The position numbers and the translations under genes were made by a program. From positions 2,172 through 66,171 of the IMG/VR virus record IMGVR_UViG_3300049228_000061: a stretch of 64,000 bases of DNA; one strand, given 5' to 3'. Positions 43,285 to 51,876 of the stretch are shown here, piece after piece (the first letter of the stretch is position 1; every line of letters begins with the position of its first letter). The notes beneath the pieces were generated by a model. The model did not search any database. It was given only the letters and a program-made list of their open reading frames with translations, and was not told the DNA's origin. Source of the stretch: a virus. Lineage: Duplodnaviria; Caudoviricetes.

Positions 43285-44963
43285 AGTCCCTCCGCCAGTC
43301 GGTAGCTATCGCCGTCTTTGATGATCAGTTCAAGGTTCAGCAGCTCTTTCAGGCCAGATCCAAGGCCACTGCTGGTGGGGCTGATGCCAGTAATGTCAGC
43401 CAATCGGTCTTTGCCGATGGGCGCGTGGATGCTGATCGCGGATAGCATCCGGCCACAGTTTGGTGGCAAGCGATCAACCCATTGTTGCAAGCTGTCTGGC
43501 TCTGGGCCGCCAATTTCAAAGCCTTTCTTGCTGCGATACCGCCCACTACCTGGGCTGGACTCAAGCTCGTCGCAATCGGCGACTTCCCGCATATATTTTC
43601 CGTATGCGCTCGACTTTTTACTGATACCAGCCCGGCGCGCAGCAGCATCGAATGACATCGACACCGGATGAGCGCGATGGATGCAGTCCACGATCTTGCG
43701 GGCAGAGGGGGAGAGCGTTGAGTCTGCCGCAATTTTATTGCGGGCCATCTTTCGATTGATGGCTTCAAACTCCGCTGTGCCGCGCGCAACCAATGATTCC
43801 AAGGCCTTGGTGCGCATTTTGTTGAATTCATCCTGTAGCGCTGGGCGGCTCATGTCAGATACATCTGTCGGCTCCAGTGAGTCCAGGTCCTGCACTACGT
43901 CATTGAGGGAATCAATGAATCGGCGCTTGCACGCGAACCAGCCGCCGTTGTAGCCAGACTTTCTACCCTCGCCATAACCCGCAATGCGGCCAGCGTCATA
44001 GGCGGCAGTAGCGGCCAGCCGATCAACCGTCAAGGGATTCTTGCGTTCCAGCTCGGCAATGCGCGCCTTCAGCGCCTTTGGGTCATTGGCGTGGTGTTCG
44101 GCTGTAACGGTCGCCAGTCGCTCAGATACCGCATCCAGGTCCACACTGGTCCAGCCAGGCAACGCCGTCACGTCGTCCACGGTGCTGGGGCTGAACGAGT
44201 CGTAGGTTTTGAATTTGGGAAACTGGAATTTCACAGGTCCAATACCCGCTTCTGGACTCCATACCCACGCCTGCCCGCGCGCCAGGCTGGCCAGCTCGGT
44301 CAGTACCTGCTTGCCCATGGTGATGTCGGCACAGCCATCGATCCAGTCTTTGATTGCGTCGCGGTCGAGCTTGTGGATTACCTTCATGGCAATCAAGGTT
44401 TCAGCACAGGTCAGAAAGTCTTTATGCACTTTCTGCGGTCGCTGTGAAGCAGAGAGGATTGTCAATCCCAATCCTCGGCCCTCGCTGGCCAAGCGATTGG
44501 CCCAATGCAGCATCTTGCCAGCTGACGGGTCCAGCACCTTGCCCTGTGGGGCGAAGTTGTGAACCTCGTCCATCACCAGATAGCGCGATCCGCGCGTGGT
44601 GCGGAACAGCGTATGAGCGAAGTCTGTGAAGAACTTGGTTCGGTCACTAACCATCCAGCCGCGCATGTCGATGATGCAGGACCGATTGCCAGTGCCCACC
44701 AGCTCCGCAATCTCGTTTCCAGCCTGCGGAGAGATGGGCACATCAGCATGATCACCGCCGAAGATCACGACTGGGTATCCCCATTCGGTCCCATTCGCGC
44801 CTGCCCGCAGTCCGTGCCAATCTCCCTTGGGGTCCAAGATGCACACTGGTTTCTGCGCATCAAGCAGCCGCTCGACCAAGACGCGGAGCACGCTGCTTTT
44901 ACCAGCCCCGGTCTTACCCAGCACGACAAGGTGCTGCTTCAGGATGTCATCGTATTTCAGCAT
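43281..44963 (-). CDS. HerA/FtsK-family (DUF87) ATPase with C-terminal winged helices
   Basis: HLVVLGKTGAGKS, ILDPKGDW, LVMDEVH and SASQRPQ. Confidence 0.85.
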   Translation of the reverse strand: MLKYDDILKQHLVVLGKTGAGKSSVLRVLVERLLDAQKPVCILDPKGDWHGLRAGANGTEWGYPVVIFGGDHADVPISPQAGNEIAELVGTGNRSCIIDMRGWMVSDRTKFFTDFAHTLFRTTRGSRYLVMDEVHNFAPQGKVLDPSAGKMLHWANRLASEGRGLGLTILSASQRPQKVHKDFLTCAETLIAMKVIHKLDRDAIKDWIDGCADITMGKQVLTELASLARGQAWVWSPEAGIGPVKFQFPKFKTYDSFSPSTVDDVTALPGWTSVDLDAVSERLATVTAEHHANDPKALKARIAELERKNPLTVDRLAATAAYDAGRIAGYGEGRKSGYNGGWFACKRRFIDSLNDVVQDLDSLEPTDVSDMSRPALQDEFNKMRTKALESLVARGTAEFEAINRKMARNKIAADSTLSPSARKIVDCIHRAHPVSMSFDAAARRAGISKKSSAYGKYMREVADCDELESSPGSGRYRSKKGFEIGGPEPDSLQQWVDRLPPNCGRMLSAISIHAPIGKDRLADITGISPTSSGLGSGLKELLNLELIIKDGDSYRLAEGL

Positions 44964-45020
44964 TCCATCACCTCGTTAAATCAATGCCCCTGCTGGTCTG
45001 CAAGCCAGCAGGGAACAAAC

Positions 45021-45770
45021 CTATTTCGACACTGCCTGCCTCAGAATTCTGTCATCGCGGTCTTTCAGCAGGGTTAGCAGTTCGTCGCGGCGCACGTACT
45101 GCGGATCGGGCTTGGCATCCACCGGGGGCGGAGTCTGCGCAACACGCTGGCCCTCGTAGACGCGCAGGGCGATGGCCTTGCAGTCAGGCGTGTACTTCTG
45201 GCGCTTGAATGCCTTGCGATTCACGTCCACCCACAACACGCAGGCTTCCTCGATGGCTCCAATGGCCACGAAATTGGTGCCATTCTTGAAGTCGTAGCAC
45301 TTGTCGGTCGTCCAGGTGAACCCGAACGCGCCAGCGCCGCCCACCTTGGAGCCGCCGGCATTGACACCGCTGCCACAGTCATTGGCGAAGATACTGGGCA
45401 GGATCACCCAAGGAGTTTGGCGAGCTTCCTGAACTGCGATGGACTGATTACCCGTCGTGGTGTCACCCACGTCGCCCCCGTGAGCGGTAACAGCGTTTGA
45501 ATTGGTGGCAGTGTTGGAGCTGGTGAGGGACGCATCGCCGCCCGTAGCCGTTTGCTCTGCGTGGCCTCCGGCACCGCCAGTTGCAGATGCGTTCGAGTCC
45601 GACGCAGCGCCCGCAGTAGATTGGCTCTTGCTGTTGGCGTGAGCGTTGGACTTTGCAGCGCTGCTGCTATTTGCATGGCTGTCATGTTGGTCCCCTTGTG
45701 GTTGATTGGTGGCCATCGCTGAGACTGAAAGCATAGAAGCGATGGCAAGTGCGAGAATGCGTGAAGACAT
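45021..45770 (-). CDS. secreted Ser/Ala/Thr/Gly-rich protein
   Basis: Signal peptide MSSRILALAIASMLSVSAMA, low-complexity region, Cys-containing C-terminal domain. Confidence 0.75.
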   Translation of the reverse strand: MSSRILALAIASMLSVSAMATNQPQGDQHDSHANSSSAAKSNAHANSKSQSTAGAASDSNASATGGAGGHAEQTATGGDASLTSSNTATNSNAVTAHGGDVGDTTTGNQSIAVQEARQTPWVILPSIFANDCGSGVNAGGSKVGGAGAFGFTWTTDKCYDFKNGTNFVAIGAIEEACVLWVDVNRKAFKRQKYTPDCKAIALRVYEGQRVAQTPPPVDAKPDPQYVRRDELLTLLKDRDDRILRQAVSK

Positions 45771-45800
45771 GATTGATACCTTGTGTTGAAAAAAAACGGG

Positions 45801-46169
45801 TTAGTTATTGAGCAGCCATTGCTGCAATGCAGGATCGTTGATGGTGAGAGCAGTACGACGAGCGATGTTCTCCACGCGCAGCTTCTCATCCACCGGCATT
45901 TTGCGCGTGAAGTCGCCCGGATAGGCCAAGCACACAATGCACCAATCCACATCCTCTTCAAACCAGTGGCTGGTGCCGGAGCCATTCCGGGCCACGAACG
46001 GCACATAGTCACGCAGCGGCTTGGGCATGGTAGCAATGCGCTCAATGCTCAAGTAATAACCACCATGCGATGCAGTGTCCACGCGCCAGATGCCAGTTGC
46101 GACGTTCTCGCAGCCATGGATATGGCCCCAAGGTGAATGACTTGGGCGGTCATTGTCAGTGAATTTCAT
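45801..46169 (-). CDS. DUF7007-like protein
   Basis: SPWG, GIWRVDTASHGG..LS.ER and WFEEDVDW.IV. Confidence 0.75.
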   Translation of the reverse strand: MKFTDNDRPSHSPWGHIHGCENVATGIWRVDTASHGGYYLSIERIATMPKPLRDYVPFVARNGSGTSHWFEEDVDWCIVCLAYPGDFTRKMPVDEKLRVENIARRTALTINDPALQQWLLNN

Positions 46170-46277
46170 GGTGTATCGCCTCATTTTTAGCGACCTGCAC
46201 TCGCGCATCCAAACGTCGGCAAAGTCGCATGTAGCGCCCTATCGTGCGGAGCTTTGATTCAATTTTACGTTTTCGGC

Positions 46278-46679
46278 TCATGATTGATCTCCCTCAATCA
46301 ATTTTGCCACGTTGGCTGGATTAGGCGCCCAGTTGGTGATGCGGCCAGTCGCGTCAATGACCAGCTGCACGTAATCCCCGTACTCCCCTGGAATTAGGGC
46401 ATGCGGAACGTATTCGCCGATCAGCGCAAGGATTGTTTCACCGCCCGCATCTAGTAGCGTGTAGCAGCCCTCGTCCACCACCTTCATGGTCAGCTCGCCA
46501 TCCCGACCTTGCGGCCAACCAATGATGGCACCGGCATCGACATCAATCAGGGCTTCCCAGCGATTCCCCTTGCGAAACGGAAAATCGTCTGGAATATCCT
46601 CTGTTCCATATCGGATAGGCAAGCTCACTTTTAGGTGAGTTACATCCACTCCCGTGGGTTTGCGGATGGTAATTTTCAT
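46278..46679 (-). CDS. hypothetical early protein
   Basis: 133-aa ORF. Confidence 0.7.
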   Translation of the reverse strand: MKITIRKPTGVDVTHLKVSLPIRYGTEDIPDDFPFRKGNRWEALIDVDAGAIIGWPQGRDGELTMKVVDEGCYTLLDAGGETILALIGEYVPHALIPGEYGDYVQLVIDATGRITNWAPNPANVAKLIEGDQS

Positions 46680-46864
46680 GGCCGTGTCTCCAACTCATCC
46701 AATTCAGTCAGGTCAACCTGAGTCTGATTACCATCCACATCAGTAACCGTAAACACCGTAGCGAGGGTGTCCGGGCGGGTTTGCGCCGCTCGGGCTTGCC
46801 GCGCAGCGTCTTCTGGCGTTTCAGCCTCAAGATCAATTTCCCAAGTAACAACGTAGCTATTCAT
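46676..46864 (-). CDS. hypothetical early protein
   Basis: YVVTWEIDLEAETPEDAAR..motif. Confidence 0.65.
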   Translation of the reverse strand: MNSYVVTWEIDLEAETPEDAARQARAAQTRPDTLATVFTVTDVDGNQTQVDLTELDELETRP

Positions 46865-46875
46865 GATTGCACCAC

Positions 46876-47184
46876 TCAGACTTTCAAGTGACGCACGGCT
46901 GGGTGGCAGCCGCCGTGATATTGGCCGAATCGGTTGAGCCGCACTGGGCCAACAAACGCATCAATGGCCACTTTCTTGGCATCATTGCGCCTTATTTGAT
47001 CCAGGCAGGCGAACTTGTTGCAAATTGCCTCCGCCTCGCGAATTGCATCGCCAGACTCATGCTCGTTGCAGGCATAGGCACCGGCCACGCGGCTGAGGAT
47101 CACCAGTTCGTGATCTGTCATCTGTTCGCGGTGCTTGAAGCAAGCTTGCAGGCAATTGTTGTGCTGGAATATGTCAGGTTTCAT
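46876..47184 (-). CDS. hypothetical early protein
   Basis: Coupled ORF. Confidence 0.55.
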   Translation of the reverse strand: MKPDIFQHNNCLQACFKHREQMTDHELVILSRVAGAYACNEHESGDAIREAEAICNKFACLDQIRRNDAKKVAIDAFVGPVRLNRFGQYHGGCHPAVRHLKV

Positions 47185-47384
47185 GGTTGCACCCCAATAA
47201 CCTGATAAGCCTCAGCGACCAGCTCGCCAGCCTTGTTCTTGATGAAAGTCTCACCGGATTCAACCCGGCGCGACCCGCCCTGCTGCATGACTTCCCGGAG
47301 CACCTGACGCCAGTCATTGATCGGCATGGCAACGGTATGTCCCTTGCGGTAGTCAAAGCCTTGGATGTTGTGGCCCCGGCTCAT
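47181..47384 (-). CDS. hypothetical early protein
   Basis: Coupled ORF. Confidence 0.6.
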   Translation of the reverse strand: MSRGHNIQGFDYRKGHTVAMPINDWRQVLREVMQQGGSRRVESGETFIKNKAGELVAEAYQVIGVQP

Positions 47385-47584
47385 GCGTCACCATCCGCGC
47401 TGGCAACAGCTTGGCCAGCATTGAGCAACGTCGCCAATTGGCCTGCGGCGTCTATGCGGGCAGTCTCGCGGGCCTGATCGTGCGGGTAGTCGGCCTCGCA
47501 GATAATAGCCTGGGCGACAAATTCGCCTCTGGCATTGAGGATGTAACCGCCTTCGTGCGCGGCTCTAAATGTTTGTGTTGTCAT
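47381..47584 (-). CDS. hypothetical early protein
   Basis: Preceded by leader TGAGGGCTTAGAGCCATG. Confidence 0.65.
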   Translation of the reverse strand: MTTQTFRAAHEGGYILNARGEFVAQAIICEADYPHDQARETARIDAAGQLATLLNAGQAVASADGDA

Positions 47585-47634
47585 GGCTCTAAGCCCTCAA
47601 GTTATGAGATTTTTCAGGAGATTCACGGGGAACG

Positions 47635-47940
47635 TCAGACCTCTACGGCCTCCGTGCGTGGCTCAATCCCAGCAACATCGCAGGCACGCAGATAGCCAGA
47701 TTCATCCACCTCAATGGTTCGGCTGCCGACATTCGATCCGTCATTGCGAGAGCTGGCCCAGATGCTGTAGGTGCGCACAAACATCCTGCCAGTGCGTGGA
47801 CCACGCCAGATGCCGGTCAGCCAAACCCCAGTGCCAAAATCCTCCTGGCCAGATTTCGATGCTGAGTATTCAGGTTGCGGCAGCGTCACGCGCTCGTGCT
47901 CGCCAGAGAGATTGATGATGGTTTGCGATTGCGATTTCAT
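47635..47940 (-). CDS. hypothetical early protein
   Basis: Start MKSQ preceded by TGAGGATCGAGCCATG. Confidence 0.65.
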   Translation of the reverse strand: MKSQSQTIINLSGEHERVTLPQPEYSASKSGQEDFGTGVWLTGIWRGPRTGRMFVRTYSIWASSRNDGSNVGSRTIEVDESGYLRACDVAGIEPRTEAVEV

Positions 47941-48019
47941 GGCTCGATCCTCATGTATTGAGATTGGTAACAACTCACCGGATTGCGCCCTCAGGCGAAG
48001 GCGCAACACCGCTGGGCTG

Positions 48020-48454
48020 TTAATCCTTCCGCTTGGCGCTGTAGAACGCCACCGCAGCCGCTGCAATGCGCTCGATCTGCTGCACAGCGATGGTATGGGC
48101 TTCGGCAATCGCTTTGCTGGTGGCTCTTGTGGCTCCGCCTGTTGCGTGTTCACGGTGCGAGAAGTCGCCGAACGTGGATCGCATGTACCCAACACCATTA
48201 ACCGAGTACGACTGCATCACATGCCAACTGTGCACAATCCCGCGCGATCCTTTCGCAGTGCGCAACTCAATGACCCATTCGCCCGGCTCATCGCCTTCTA
48301 AGGCAGGCCGCTCACTGAACAGCCACTCTGTTTTACCAACCCAATCACCCTGTCGCTGTCGATCTTTGCGCACAACCGACGCAAACGACTGCTCGCGCGC
48401 AGGTACGAACGACTCGCAGCCTGTGGATAACTCTGAATTCGCTTGAAGATTCAT
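48020..48454 (-). CDS. hypothetical early protein (first gene of the leftward operon)
   Basis: Preceded by TGAGGGCTTAGAGCCATG. Confidence 0.7.
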   Translation of the reverse strand: MNLQANSELSTGCESFVPAREQSFASVVRKDRQRQGDWVGKTEWLFSERPALEGDEPGEWVIELRTAKGSRGIVHSWHVMQSYSVNGVGYMRSTFGDFSHREHATGGATRATSKAIAEAHTIAVQQIERIAAAAVAFYSAKRKD

Positions 48455-48511
48455 GGCTCTAAGCCCTCATTTGGTGAGTTAAAATGGACTGGTTGCGAGC
48501 CAGTGGAATGA

Positions 48512-48604
48512 AGTTTAAAGTACTCTATATTCAAGAGTCAAGCTTTTATTACTCTATATTTCAATACTCTTGTATAAGGACGCTGTAAAAGGTGTATATT
48601 TCAA
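48512..48604. promoter_or_regulatory. AT-rich divergent control region with leftward promoter and repeated operator-like sites
   Basis: Minus strand TTGACT (48541-48536) N18 TAAACT (48517-48512); TACTCTATATT at 48521 and 48550; ACTCT-N7-AGAGT palindrome at 48522-48538. Confidence 0.6.
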
Positions 48605-48663
48605 CTCGCAAAATGCCAACTGATACTTGTATTCTTAGGTAACGCACAAATGCTTTTAATATC

Positions 48664-49020
48664 ATGAGCTTGGGAAAACGATCAAGAGTACAAGTACCAG
48701 AGGCTGACTTTGAGTCACTTCCGTACCTGGGAATCACCATCGCGCAAAAATCTGCTGAAAAGATCGCGAATCAGTACAGGAAGCGCGGTAGGCATTCGAT
48801 GGGAGAGAAGGATTACGTCACTGCCGGGCGTAATTTCGCGGCATCCTTGTTCACTGAGTTGAGTTCTAAAAGTATTCGATGGGACGTGGTGAGAGATTTG
48901 AGAGAGTTGATAGAGCGGGCTTGTGATGCGCGCGTGGCTGATGCTGTTGCGGTCAAGAAGCCTTTAACGAGCGCACAGATCAGATCAAAGCGGGAGATGA
49001 ATGCCGCCAACTTGGTTTGA
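48664..49020 (+). CDS. hypothetical protein (possible regulator)
   Basis: First rightward ORF after the control region; no recognisable motif. Confidence 0.55.
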   Translation: MSLGKRSRVQVPEADFESLPYLGITIAQKSAEKIANQYRKRGRHSMGEKDYVTAGRNFAASLFTELSSKSIRWDVVRDLRELIERACDARVADAVAVKKPLTSAQIRSKREMNAANLV

Positions 49021-49024
49021 TTAG

Positions 49025-49055
49025 TTATCCACAACTTATCCACAGGATATGCACA
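49025..49055 (+). promoter_or_regulatory. DnaA-box array 3
   Basis: TTATCCACA-ac-TTATCCACA-gg-ATATGCACA immediately before the ATG at 49056. Confidence 0.75.
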
Positions 49056-49331
49056 ATGCTGAAACTTACCCAAATTGATGGCCGCGATGCGCTGACATTC
49101 AGCCTGCCCTGCGGCTGCGGCGTGATTGGCTCATTCGCCCTGGACGCAGAGGCTGGCGACATGGCGATGGCGCTGATTGCATTCGCAGAGGCCGTGAACA
49201 ATCTGGAAACCATGCACGAGCTGAAACATCGGGCCGACATAGAGGGCCGCGAGGTCACACCTGCTGAGGTTTCTGCTGCGCTGGGCGTAGCGGTTGATGT
49301 TGTTGTTGATCCGAGCAATAGGAGTCACTGA
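49056..49331 (+). CDS. hypothetical protein
   Basis: Start MLKL; CxC motif. Confidence 0.6.
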   Translation: MLKLTQIDGRDALTFSLPCGCGVIGSFALDAEAGDMAMALIAFAEAVNNLETMHELKHRADIEGREVTPAEVSAALGVAVDVVVDPSNRSH

Positions 49332-49477
49332 TGCGCACTGATTCAACTGATCCACGGCTCGACTTGATCCAGCGCATCGGTGCGCAGATGGATCATTTGC
49401 GATTTACACGCGGACTTGCTGTAGGATTTGCCATCGCTGGCTGGTTCTGTCTGGCCGTTGATTTGATGGTGCGATGA
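49331..49477 (+). CDS. 48-aa membrane peptide
   Basis: MRTDSTDP...GLAVGFAIAGWFCLAVDLMVR; overlaps the upstream stop. Confidence 0.45.
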   Translation: MRTDSTDPRLDLIQRIGAQMDHLRFTRGLAVGFAIAGWFCLAVDLMVR

Positions 49478-49659
49478 GGCTGGCAGACCTCATATTATGA
49501 TGATGATCGTGCCGAGACTGCGCGCGTTTTCGACGCTGAACGTTGGGCGCTTCAGCTTCCAGCTGGAGAAGCACCCAAGCGAAGCAATGACGCATTATTT
49601 GGTTTATTTGGTGGTGTGGCTGATAGATCACGACCGCGCGGCAAATGATGATTGATGGA

Positions 49660-49845
49660 CGGCTGGCCACCGTAACGGCTGGGCGGATACTCGCATAGGT
49701 GGCCCGGTTCTCTGGTTTCCCGAATAACCGGCGAGTATTGGCAGGCGCGCCCTCACTGATTCATGTCCGCGCCGTGGCTAATCGGCACCAAGCGCCGTGA
49801 CTTGGATGGTGCCCCGACTGGATCAAAGTCGGGGCATCTATATTT
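49660..49845 (+). ncRNA. candidate structured RNA / attenuator upstream of the terminase genes
   Basis: No convincing ORF; several perfect 7-9 bp helices (see findings). Confidence 0.35.
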
Positions 49846-49919
49846 AGTACAATTGAGGCAGCCGGAAACTGCGGCTGTGACTCTCAAGGCGTGCAAAAAG
49901 TACAAACGAGGCTGATTTA

Positions 49920-50567
49920 GTGGACGCTGACGTACTCCGAGCCATCGAACGAGATTGGAAAGACGGCCTGCTGTCGCCCACGCTGATCCGCATCAAGCAC
50001 GGGCTGGGCGATTCGGATGCCGTGGTTGCCTTGGCTGCCCGGCATGGCTGGGGAGATCGCAAGAGCATCCAGGCGAAAATCAAGGATGGAACACTGCGCG
50101 AGGTGGTGAATCAGTCGGCACCCAAGTCTGATCCAGGCGGCTCATTCGTCGATGAAGACCAGCAGATGTCGGCCTACAACCAGATGGTGGCCGGTGTGAT
50201 TCGTCACCACCACCAAGGGCTGGGTCGTGGCCGAACCCTCGCCGACCGCATGCTGGTCGAGCTGGAGGAGATTCAGCCACCGGAGGTGGATCAGGGAGCC
50301 ATAGATTCGCTGGCCAACGTCGTCGAAAAGACCAATCCCGAGCTTGCTGCACACCTGCGCGCCCACATCGGGCCGGTGAATCCGAAGGAAAAGCTGGCTT
50401 TCCTGGGCAAACGCATCGGCATGCTGCGAGATTTAAGCCAAACACAGGTCACGTATATCGATGCCGAGCGCACTGCGTATGGTCTCAACGAGGAATCCAA
50501 CCGGGACGGCGTACAGTTCGACGATGTAGTGGACGAGGCGCAGCGTCGTATTGCTCATCTGAGTTGA
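49920..50567 (+). CDS. terS: terminase small subunit
   Basis: N-terminal HTH-like W..G..S...I...HG......A.RHGW; upstream of the large subunit. Confidence 0.65.
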   Translation: MDADVLRAIERDWKDGLLSPTLIRIKHGLGDSDAVVALAARHGWGDRKSIQAKIKDGTLREVVNQSAPKSDPGGSFVDEDQQMSAYNQMVAGVIRHHHQGLGRGRTLADRMLVELEEIQPPEVDQGAIDSLANVVEKTNPELAAHLRAHIGPVNPKEKLAFLGKRIGMLRDLSQTQVTYIDAERTAYGLNEESNRDGVQFDDVVDEAQRRIAHLS

Positions 50568-50614
50568 TATACACTGCGCGTGCTGATCTTTTTTAAACCA
50601 GAGAGGTATTCCGT

Positions 50615-51097
50615 ATGCGCATTGAACCGACCGTAGGCCGCACGATCCACTATCACCCAGCGGCAGATCATCCTGACGCTGGGCAGTTGCTGACCGCCTT
50701 CATCTGCAAGGTGAACGCAGATGGTACCGTGAATCTGGCCATCTTCGACTCGTGCGGCCATCAGTTCAGCCGGCAGCGCGTGCCACTGATGCAAGATGAT
50801 GTGGTGCCGCTTGATGCTGGCAGTCAATACTGCCGGTGGATGCCCTATCAGCTTGGACAGGCGGCGAAGACCGAGCAGGTCATTTCCCAGCACGCCAACG
50901 TCATACTGCACAATCCAGAGCAGCATCAGCTTGATGAACGCGGCGTGCCGATTGCGGAGATTCCATGTCGTCCTGCCGGTGGGGCAAACCCACTGGATCA
51001 TTACACGGAGAGCGTGAACGTGCCTGTGCTCGGCGCTGGCATGGAGATGATCGGTGACCGGCCAGCAAGCGAAGCAACTCGATTGGGTGGCGAATGA
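50615..51097 (+). CDS. conserved phage protein
   Basis: PTVGRTIHY...AFICKV...TVNLAIFD motif. Confidence 0.7.
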   Translation: MRIEPTVGRTIHYHPAADHPDAGQLLTAFICKVNADGTVNLAIFDSCGHQFSRQRVPLMQDDVVPLDAGSQYCRWMPYQLGQAAKTEQVISQHANVILHNPEQHQLDERGVPIAEIPCRPAGGANPLDHYTESVNVPVLGAGMEMIGDRPASEATRLGGE

Positions 51098-51420
51098 ACA
51101 TCCTTGTTAATTTTGGTGAAGCGCTTGCCTGGCTCAAAGCCGATTCGCATCATCGGGCAGCGCGGGCAGGCTGGAACGGCAAAGGTATGTGGATTGCCTA
51201 CTCACCGGGGGTATTGGCGCTACCAGCTGAACGCTTTTGGTCTGGTGCAAACAAGGAATACGCAATTACCCAAGGCTATCGGGCGACCGTTCTGCCCTGC
51301 CTGACTATGAAGACCGCAACCGGCGAAATCCTCATGGGCTGGCTGGCCTCACAGACGGATATGCTGGCCGAGGATTGGGAGTTGTTGTCGCCATTGCTGA
51401 GTAAGCCAGCGGTGGAATGA
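51094..51420 (+). CDS. DUF2829 / Tad2-like protein
   Basis: NFGEAL..LK....AR.GWNGKGMW....MKTA.....GWLASQTDMLAEDW. Confidence 0.85.
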   Translation: MNILVNFGEALAWLKADSHHRAARAGWNGKGMWIAYSPGVLALPAERFWSGANKEYAITQGYRATVLPCLTMKTATGEILMGWLASQTDMLAEDWELLSPLLSKPAVE

Positions 51421-51421
51421 T

Positions 51422-51622
51422 ATGGAAGTCGGAATAGCTATTGATGACTGGAAGGCTCTCATCTTTGAGCGCCATCTGAAGCAATCTGGGTACACCTACA
51501 AGCAGTGCGCACTGGCCGAAGGTGCGCAGCTTCTGTTAGTGACAACCGATAACGCCGAAGCGCTTGGCAAAGTCGTTTATGCCGCCAACACTGAATGCCG
51601 GATGCGTGGTAACAAGCAATGA
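51422..51622 (+). CDS. hypothetical protein
   Basis: 66-aa ORF. Confidence 0.6.
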   Translation: MEVGIAIDDWKALIFERHLKQSGYTYKQCALAEGAQLLLVTTDNAEALGKVVYAANTECRMRGNKQ

Positions 51623-51876
51623 CCTCTTCCGTCTCCTTCCTGCCGGTGTGGAAGGCAAATGCCACACCGGCAGAGCGTTTGTATGAGCTTGCTCAGGTTG
51701 CCGAGAAGCACCCAGAAGACTTCCAGAAATTCGTGATCGTGTATGTAGAGGATCGCAAGACATCGAAGTCTCACGTCACCTACACACGCTTTCATTGCTT
51801 CAACACCAGCACCTTCGAGGCGTTGGGCATTCTGGAAAACGGCAAGCTCAAGTTGTTCGAGGATACGAATCGGTGA
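51619..51876 (+). CDS. hypothetical protein
   Basis: Coupled 85-aa ORF. Confidence 0.6.
   Translation: MTSSVSFLPVWKANATPAERLYELAQVAEKHPEDFQKFVIVYVEDRKTSKSHVTYTRFHCFNTSTFEALGILENGKLKLFEDTNR

Noticed and set aside
49665-49738. HDV-like (theta) ribozyme
   Set aside because: It has a P1/P2-like pseudoknot, but only 3 nt lie where P3-L3 should be and there is no J4/2 strand with the catalytic C. Kept only as an unclassified RNA candidate.
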